Shown piece by piece: positions 13,601-24,215 of a DNA stretch of 64,000 nucleotides. Source of the stretch: Octopus sinensis (taxonomy: Eukaryota); NCBI RefSeq assembly GCF_006345805.1, contig NC_043015.1:16864001-16928000 (forward strand), written 5' to 3'. Under the pieces are notes generated by a model, which searched no databases, was not told the origin of the DNA, and saw only the letters and a list, made by a program, of their open reading frames with translations. The translations under genes were made by a program, and so were the position numbers. Numbering within the stretch: position 1 is the stretch's first letter; every line of letters starts with the position of its first letter.

Positions 13601-16600
13601 TATAATTCTGTAAAAATCATAATACCATGACAGATTAAGAAATAGGAGTCACAGTGCAAATCTTTTTGTTGCTACTGTAGTCAAAATTTCTGCAAATTGT
13701 GTTAATATAGTTTTCAAGCTTTCAAATATTTTTTCTAACCAATCAAACAACAATCTCAGACTCCCAAACATCTCGTCTGGGTAATTTTAGAAAATTATTG
13801 GAAAGATTTGATATCAACATGAAATAATAATATTTAAGTAATACTTTAACATGTCCTTACATTAGTAGTTCCAATATATTTAACAGTTGAACATAAAGAA
13901 AATAGTAATATCATTAAAAATCCCATAGAAATCTTAATTTTGCAATATATAAAATACATGAGAATTTAGAAATGAGAAAATTTAAGGAATATTCTTTCCC
14001 TGAGAAATAAAAATATTAGTCAATTAAACATATAATTCTCAAGTGGTACTAACCTCAGAGTTGAAGACCTTTTCAAGTTATTCCTCTGGTTAGTTGTTGA
14101 GGAATCATCATTAGAACCTTGAGTTCTTTTTTTATTAGAAACATGTGACTACAGGAAAAAAAGAAAGAAAAAAAAACAATATGTGAATGATATATAACAA
14201 TTTTTTGCAATATATTTCAGCATTTAAGAACATGTCAAAAGTATCACTCCCAGTTATATGAAGGTCAAATACTAAAGTCTGGATGAGTTATAATTTCAAG
14301 ATTGATTTTTCCAGGAGTGGCTGTGTGGTAAGTAGCTTGCTTACTAACCACATGGTTCCAGGTTCAGACCCACTGCATGGCACCACGGGCAAGTGTCTTC
14401 TGCTATAGCCTTGGGCCAACCAAAGCCTTGTGAGTGGATTTGGTAGATGAAAACTGAAAGAAGTCCGTCGTATATGTGTGTGTTTGTGCCCTCAACATCG
14501 CTTGACAACCGATGCTGGTGTGTTTATGCCCTGTAACTTAGTGGTTCGGCAAAATAGACCAATAGAATAAGTACTAGGCTTACAGAGGACAAGTCCTGGA
14601 GTCGATTTGCTCGACTAAAGGCGGTGCTCCAGCATGGCTGCAGTCAAATGACTGAAACAAGTAAAAAAGTAAAGAGAGTAATCATTTTGTTCTTGCAGTT
14701 GAGAAGTACTATAAAGAGAAAAATATTCCATTTAAGATACTATTAATTTTTGACAATGCTCCTGGTCACCCATAAAACATTGTTGATTTTATCCTAATAT
14801 CACCATCATATACCCTCCAAACTGCAACATATGGACCAAGCTATCTTTTCTAACTTCAAGTATTGCTACCAAAGATGTGTACCTAGGCAGAGTGTGGCAA
14901 CAACAGAAAGGAAAGCACCCCACTATGACTTTTGGAAGATGTGCAATAGTTCAAAAGCCATTCTTAATATCAATTCTGCATGGACGGATGCATCAGAAAT
15001 GTGTATGAATGCCATTTGGAAGAAACTGTACTCTCAATTTGTGGATAATTTCAAGGTTTTGACATTTCTGATATGAACAAAGAATTGGTGGCATTGTCAA
15101 AAGAATTGAATATGGGTTTGGAGGAGGAAGATTTTGAAGCATTGATTGATACTGACAAGCAACTACTCAAAAATGAAGAATTGATGGAGTTGCTCAGAAG
15201 AAGATGCACAGCAAATGAAACCAGAACCATGGCGCTTCATTAAGAAAATGCAGCAAGCTTTCCCATATAAAGAGAAATTACTAGCCCTTTTCGAGAAGCT
15301 GGATCCTAATGCTGAGCACTTCATTAAAATTATTGGGATTGTTCATGATGCTAATGTCCTTAGAAGGTTATCATGGATAACAAAAAGAGTAAAACCATTC
15401 ACAGTACTCAAGACAAATTTTTGCTACGTATTGAAAGTCGATGGCCTGAAGTGGAAACATCTGAAGACAAATTAATTCCTTCAGCTTCAATGTCAACACT
15501 ATAACCCATGCTTTCCCTCCAACTTTCACTCCTCGCCAATCAAGCACATTAGTTTATCTTTCTTTTTTATTTTTTTGGTTCTTTTCTAAGCTTTTAACAT
15601 TATCTTTTTCATAATTTTTTTTTAAATAGTTAAAGTAATAGTATTTTATAGTGACTGGAAGTCCTTTTTACTGAATTTCAATGAATTGTTGAATGTCTTT
15701 TGTTTTGTGTTATGTCATTTTTCAAGTTAAATAATCTGTCCTGGAACCAATTACAAACCTATATTGTAATGAAAGGCGGCGAGCTGGCAGAAACGTTAGC
15801 ACGCTGGGCGAAATGCGTAGCCGTATTTCGTCTGCCGTTATGTTCTGAGTTCAAATTCCGTCGAGGTCGAATTTGCCTTTCATCCTTTCAGGGTCGATAA
15901 ATTAAGTACCAGTTACGCACTGGGATCGATGTAATCGACTTAATCCGTTTGTCTGTCCTTGTTTGTCCCCTCTGTGTTTAGCCCCTTGTGGGTAGTAAAG
16001 AAATATATATTGTGGTGTGTCTGCATAACATCATCATCATCATTTAATGTCAGTCTTCCATGCTAGCATGGGTTAACAGTGTGTCAGAGGCTGCACTTTA
16101 CACAACGGACTGCCAGCACTGGCAAGGTCACCAAGTAACTTACAAGACAAAAATCTTTTAAAAGGAGGGTGATATTGAAAGAGGTGTCTTTGCGCTGTAT
16201 GTACATATGTATGGCGATGCAAACAGGAAAAAGAGAACTCAAAATGAGTATGTATATATATATATATTTTTATCAATATTTAGCAGAAGTAACAGAGTGA
16301 CTCAAGGTCTGAGAATTTAATGTTTGATAAGTACCAATGCATGAAACTCTTGGGCCTTGAATCATTGTTACTTCTGCTAAAAATTTATAAATATATATAC
16401 CCACCCATGCTAGCATGGAAGGCGAATGTTAAACGCCGCTGATGATTTTATATATATATATATATGGTGGCTGCCCCCTCGTTATCGAGTATGGCCATTG
16501 CATGAAGCTTAATCAATGTTGTTATTGTGCAATGCCGGTGCAAGAAGATTTTTTTTAAAGTGAGGAAAGGCTGTGCAGAATCAATCCTAAGCAACAGCAG

Positions 16601-19048
16601 CCATAATCCAAAAAGAAGAACAAGTCAACATCATCGGTAACCACTGAGCCGCAGGTTTTATGTCGGAGTTACCTGAGTTACCTTCTCCTAGAAGGATGCC
16701 CTAACAAAGGCTAGGAGTCCTTCACTCCCAATGGTTTAACCGCGCGATCAAGTATTCAGTCCGATTATTTCTATGTCCCTGCGCATGATACAGCCTTAAG
16801 ACATTTATTGGATGGCCATTGACTCTCAAGAGTTCCTCTGCCCTTTGACGGGTTTTGTTTTTCATCCTGCAGGGTGTCCAATAAACACCCTCCTCACCAA
16901 GCAAGCTTGGTGGGGTTGCCGGTTTAGTCACCGACGACCCGATCATGCAACAGGTTGTACTGGGTTACATGTTACCAGTAGCACTCTATATATATATATA
17001 TATATATATAGCAAGGAAAAATTGTAAAAAGGTAGAATGCTAAATTGAAAGAAAATTTTAATGAAAATGGGTGTATGGAAAAAGTTTTTGAAAAATTGAT
17101 AAAATATATATATATATTTTAATTCAAACCCGGTTTTCGTCATAATGTGACTTTTCAAGAATTGTAAAGGAAAAATTTTTTTTTTAAAGTGAGGAGGGGG
17201 GAAAAAAGAAAATTACATTGTTTTTTGCAAAAAAATAATAAATATATACAAAAATTAAAAAATAGGTACTCCGATACATTGTAAAGTCTTTGTGTATCTT
17301 GAGTTTAATGATTGTTCACGAAAAAATTACCTTGAAGTATTGAGATCCAATGGGATTAAATCCATGTGTTGTTTAATTTAATTAAGGTGTCTCTTTAAAA
17401 AAATTTTCTCCTTTACAATTCTTGAAAAGTCACATTATGACGAAAACCGGTTTGAATTAAAATATATATATATATTTTGTCAATTTTTCAAAAACTTTTT
17501 CCATACACCCATTTTCATTAAAATTTTCTTTCAATTTAGCATTCTGCCTTTTTACAATTTTTCCTTGCTTATCATTTCTCCACGTGCGGTCAACACAACC
17601 CCACCATTTATTGATCTATATATATATATATATTTACACACATATATACATATGCATTTATATATACATGGTGGATGCTCAGAGAGTGTTACCACTAGAA
17701 TAAGAATAGCCTGGGCAAAGTTTAGAAAGCTCCTACCCCTACTGGTGACAAAGGGTCTCTCACTCAGAGTGAAAGGTAGATTGTACAACGCATGTGTGCG
17801 AATTGTCATACTTCACGGTAGTGAAACATGGGCTGTGACTGCAGAGGACATGCACAGACTTGAAAGAAATGAAGCTAGCATGATCCGCTGGATGTGTAAT
17901 GTCAGTGTGCACACACGACAGAGTGTAAGTGCCCTGAGAGAAATGCTGGACATAAGAAGCATTGGATGTGGCATGCAAGAGAGATGTCTGCGCTGGTATG
18001 GTCATGTACTACAGATGGATGAGGAGAGAAGTGTGAAGAAGTGCCACTCCCAACCAGTTGAAGGAATCCTTGGATCGTAGGGCAACCTGCTGTGCTTGAG
18101 GAGACCTACTGAGTCAAATACATCAACATCAAAAATCAAATGGAAATTGCAGTTGTGATACCTGTGCCGGTGGCACATAAAAAGCACCATCCAAACATGG
18201 TCGATGCCAGCGCCGTCTCGACTGGCTTCTGTGTCGATGGCATGTAAAAAGCACCAACCGATCGTGGCTGTTGCCAGCCTCACCTGGCACGTAAAAAGCA
18301 CCCACTACACTCACAGTGGTTGGCGTTAGGAAGGGCATCCAGCTGTAGAAACACAGCCAGCTCAGACTGGAGCCTGGTGCAGCCTCTTGCCTTCCCAGAC
18401 CCTGGTCAAACCACCCAACCCATGCTAGCATAGAAAACGGACGTTAAATGATGATGATGGTGTTCGGGCTAACTTTGATAATTAGTATTCTCATTTTTGA
18501 GAGCAGTCAAGTTTATTTCAGATATTTTCATTTTAAAAATCATCATTGGCTAATCATTGAGAGGCTGTTCGTGTTCCTGTTGTGGAGGTTTGCACTCTCT
18601 GAGTGCTCATATTGTTCCTATTTTATGTAAACACTATACCTGAAACCTTCCCTATGTTGGATCTGGAATTTACCTTGGATTGTGAAACAGCATGCTGGTT
18701 TGCATGGTAGTATGTATATCTATACATGTGTGTATATTTGTGTGTGCATGTACATGTATGTTGTGTAAGTATATATGTCTATATGCATGGGTATACACGG
18801 GTGTCTGTATATGGTATATACAGATCTCAGCTCTCACTTGGTATCTTTAATATTAAAATGTCTTTATTCAAACGAATCCTATATACAATTAATTATTGGT
18901 ATTAGGAAGGGCATCCAGCCATAGAAAACCACGCCAAATCAGAATGGAGTCTGGTGTAGCCTTCAGCATGCCAGCCCAGTCAAACCGTCCCAACCCATGC
19001 CAGCATGGACAACGATGTTAAATGATATGTGTGTGTACATATATACAA

Positions 19049-19088
<40 letters not shown>

Positions 19089-22000
19089 GGAGTGATAAAT
19101 ACTTGTTATTTGTAGAAAACATTTTAAGTTTTAAATTGTACTTGCTTCCTAACATGGTTCCAGGTTGCATGGTACCTTAGGTGAGCATCTTCTATAGCTT
19201 CAGGCCGATCAAAGCCTTTTGAGTGGATTTGGTAGACAGCAACTGAAAGAAGCCTGTTTTGTGTGTGTGTGTGTGTGTGTGTCTTTATCCCCCATTACCA
19301 CTCAACAACTGGTGTCGGTATGTTGATGTCCCTGTAATATAACGTTTCGGCAAAAGAGATCGATAGAATAAGTATCAGGCTTAGTAAATAAATTAAGTAC
19401 TGGGGTCGATACATTCAACTAAAAGTTCTTCGAGGTGACACCCCAGTTTGGCCACAGTCTAATAACTGAAATAAGTTAAAGATAAGAGATATACAGCTGC
19501 GGCCATGCTGAAACTAGAGAGGAAAAAAAAAAAGTATGCATAAATCTTACACATTTGAAGTTTGCTGTTTGTCTAGGTATTATACACATAGAAATATGGA
19601 AGAGTAAATATTCAAGCCAAGCAAAGATTGGACAGACAATCTCTCTTTGTTTAACATACTATTTTGGGGATCTATCTATCTCTGTCCTTTTCACATGCAT
19701 GACTAGTCAACATTTAGATCAAACTTATTTGGAAAGAACTGCAGAACTTGCACCTTCCCACTTCTGAATAATTTCATCAATGAACTAATAGCAAGTGTAT
19801 TCCTAAATTTTCAAGTCCACCAAAAAGACTAAAAGGACAAAAATTGCATTTCATGACATTCACAAACTTTTATCTATAGACAACTCCAGAACATGCAACA
19901 ATGTCAGCTTAAGGAGTATTTGAGGACACTCAATTACCAGGGTCTCTGCAAACCAAAAGATTTCTTTTATTTATTGCAGATCACCCATGGCAAATAAAAT
20001 GCTAACACAAGAAATGAAGACATGCACTCATACCATATATGTTGGCAACAGAAATTTAGAAATTGCCAACTTTCTAAATGCTGCAAGATCTTTTGGATAC
20101 AAAGTTTAGATGGAATTGGAAACCACTGGTAGAAATGTTTCAAATATATAAAAGACAAAAAACATTCTAAATTTAGTTACTGCAATTCATCGATGATATA
20201 CCCTCAAAAATCAATGAGGATTATCGCTAAAGAACTTCAGGTGTCAGAGTTGATTATCAAAATGCAGTGCTTGAGGACATTCAATACAAGTTGTATGTAC
20301 AGAACAAAGGCCAATTCAAGTCTCTGCAGGAAAACCGTTTGATGTGTGCCAAGCAGTTAAGTTTAAAAAACATCACAAATATGGCATGTTTTGGTTCTTA
20401 CCTGGTAGGAAAAACTTCAACCAAGACCAAAAGACTGACATGGGATATGATACATGATTATGTGCAGATCCTTCTGATGTCCCAAAAGCAACACGCACTA
20501 AGTTTCTAGCAACTGTGATGGTTTTAAGAGTGGTGAGCAGCAAAGTCATGTCATACCATCTCACATTTTTCCACAGGGTCTTAGAAGTGATGCTGTTGGA
20601 TATATTCAGGGGCTGGAAAGAGTTAAGCCCTGGATGGATAATGTGCACAGTTGAAGGCCATGATTCATCAAGACTCAGCACCTCACCAAGCCCACATAAT
20701 CCAAGAATGGATGTCAGACAATTTTTACAATCATGTAATACCAAGCTTGTGGCCTGCAAACTTGCTGGGTTTAAATCCCATGGACTACCACATGTGAAGT
20801 GTTGTCAAAAGGGAGACTAATCAACATCTTTACAATACCATAGCTCTGTTGAAAGCCACTAATGTCAAATTATGTCCAAATTGAATAAGGACCATTTAGT
20901 GCAGGTATATCAATCATTCCAGTCCTGCACTGAAGCAGTCATCAAAGCTGAAGGCCGATTCATAGAATAAGAAAGCTTATCAAAAATATGTGCACAAAAT
21001 TGTTTTAAAATACATTTGGCTTTTCCAGATTGAGCTGTTTTATAAAATTATCAAATATCTTGAAATACTTGACATTCTAAATACTTTGCGATCACCTGCA
21101 CTTTCAGCACACTACTTCTCAAAAAAAAATACTTCTATTTAAAGTAGAAGCCATCAGTCATATGATTACAGAATCTTGGTCAACCATGGCTACGTAATGA
21201 CACTAGACTGTTGCTGAAAGTTAATGCTCCATATTATTCAAGCTACTATTCTAACTGTTGTTACAGAGATGATCTTTGTATGCAGAATATCCAATTCAGA
21301 AACACCTTCCATATAAGTTTGCAGTTTCCAGCAAAATTCAGCTTTGCTACATCCATAAATAAATCACAAGGACAAACTTTATCTGTTGCTGGGCCACAAA
21401 TAAAAAGAATATTGTTTCTCTCATGTACAAAAGTTGGAAGACAACCTTCTTTTTGCTTATGCTCCTTCTGGAAAAACACAACATTGTCTATAAGGAAGTT
21501 CTGGTTTTTCACTAAATAGTAACAAGAACAAATAAGATAGTCAGCAGGTAACAGTGTCAAAAAAATGAGTAACCAAAATGAGTAAGCCCCTACATGGTAT
21601 CTTGATTTGGTAGGAATAGCAACCAAATTTTTCTCAAATTGCAGAATATTGGAAATGAATGATACTATTTGTATGACAGTGATGCTCATTTACAAGTATC
21701 ACACAATGTCAAGGAGAAACAAACACAATTTTGAGAAGTTGCAGTTAATTCAAGCACTCCCTTTTGACTAATTCCGCTTAACTCTCTTCAAAGTCTTTTT
21801 GTTTTTTTGGGGGTTTTTTTTTCCTGCATTAAAATTCTGAAAAAAAATAACATAACTATAATCTACGCCATCGAAAATGTACTTTTACAAAATGTCATTT
21901 TAAAATATACATCTAAAGTTATGAAGATACAAAGTTGGGAGGAGAATGATCAGAAACAACTCTAAAATCCTTTTATTTAAATTTTATAAAAATAATCATC

Positions 22001-22499
22001 TACTAAAAATTGGTATACCTTACAAAGGGAAAACTGGAGGAGTGGGTTGCAACTATAATGTGAATATATGTATATTTAACCGGCAGAAATTACAAAATGA
22101 ATCAAGGGCCAAGAGTTTCGTGCACGAAACTCTCGGCCGATTAAAGATAAATATATATTGACATATTCTGACTTCTATTTATCCTCGTTGTACTATCAGA
22201 CACACACACACACACACATATATACTGCTCTACATGTTAGAGTGTGCTTCTTTTGGATTTATATTTTTTACAAATGATGTGTGTGTGTGTGTGTGTGTAA
22301 CGAAACGATCTATTACATATAAGCCAACAAGGGAAACTTCTACAGTGTTAAAACTGTTTTATGCATGTATATGTGAAGCCCAATGCCCGGTACCCAGATG
22401 CGCTAGAAGAGGAGGGGCATCTGTGGAGCAGCTAGATAACACAGAAATAGCAGCAAAATCTTCCTTAAGCCACATCCTATAGTATGTTAGATACACAGG

Positions 22500-22556
<57 letters not shown>

Positions 22557-22785
22557 AAGGTTCGCCATATATATAGGGAGAATTCGCAAAAAAAAAGACG
22601 AAGACAAGTGGTGTAGACAACAAACAGATGTATTAGTATAACGCTCGGGAAGTGAAAAAGTCTTTAACGTTTCGAGTCTACGCTCTTCCACAGAAAGGAA
22701 CGCAGAAAGAAACAAGGAGAGAAAATAAAGAATGTGTAGTGGCTAGCGATCTATCATGGCGAAATATACATATATATATATACAC

Positions 22786-22857
<72 letters not shown>

Positions 22858-23517
22858 TCATCAAGCGGACGTTAAACAATGTGTGTATATATACATTCAT
22901 ATATATATGTATATATACATACATACAGATAGATAGATAGATATAATATTATAATACATAATGTGTACATACAAATACACGTAACATACAAAAGAATATA
23001 TAACGGATAAGAACAACTTCCACTCTGTTGCTAGACAGGCGTACAAAAATTAGCCAAATCACCCTCCTTTCTTACGTCGGCATATTATAAGGGAGACGCC
23101 TTTGTTACATTGAAATAGTAGCCAAAATCATTCTTACATAAAGCTAGAACTAAGAGGAAAAGCAAATCACATCTTACTGTTATTGTGTCCCTCTAGAACC
23201 ACACCCTTGTTTTATATATAAACAAAATCTTTATTTGGCAGCTAGACAATCTAAATAACAGCAAAATCTCCCTTATATCACACCCCTACTACCTTATGAA
23301 TAAAAGAGAACTGTACTTGATAGAGAGACATAGAAATAGCAGTAAACGTTCAAGCTACATTATATGCCTGAGACAAAAAAGTGTCTTTCTATATGGTAGC
23401 AAGACATGCGAGAAATAACGACAAACTTATCCTCGAACCAAATTCTTATGTTACTTAGATACAATACTCGGGCTTTGCTCCGAGCACAGCTAGTGCGCGC
23501 AAATACATACATGTGTA

Positions 23518-23588
<71 letters not shown>

Positions 23589-24157
23589 TCATGTTTTGGG
23601 GTTATGATGTAAAATTACAGATAACAAACTACTGATGAAAAGTCTTCAGAGTCAAATACAAAATCCCAGTCAACTCAATGTGTATTGAATATATATATAT
23701 ATATACCCTTACAATCAATGTTTGTTGTTGATAACTTCGACATTCTCTCGGGCTTTTTTGGTCTTTTAAAGATTTCTTTGGATTCCAGTTAACAACGGCG
23801 ATTCCGATTAAAAAAAGTTTTCAAATTCTTAATTTTCCTACACTCTCCAATATTTTTGTTTTCACTTTTTTTTTTTTTACCTCTGAAAATTTCCTTTTGA
23901 GGATTTCATCTTAAAAATACAGAGATTACGAATCTGAAAAATTTGACAGTTCAAACTTTTAATTGCTTTTAATATTTCATTTTGTGAAATATTTGTGAAC
24001 CTAGAATGCCAATGAACACAATGAGGAGTGAAAACATAAAAACAAAAACAGAGAAACGAGATATACAACATAAAAAATATTCCCCTTCTTCAGTTGTCCC
24101 TGTTTCATCTCCGCGTTTCGAAGGTAAGGACAAATATATTACACACACACACACATA

Positions 24158-24215
<58 letters not shown>

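Noticed and set aside
13741-13790. Possible ATAD2 exon with cag/gttag boundaries
   Set aside because: It has a TGA in the phase required after exon 2, and the model closes without it
15775-15860. tRNA-like A and B boxes suggesting tRNA genes (also 14313, 56331, 58004)
   Set aside because: No complete cloverleaf; each continues into a SINE body and tail
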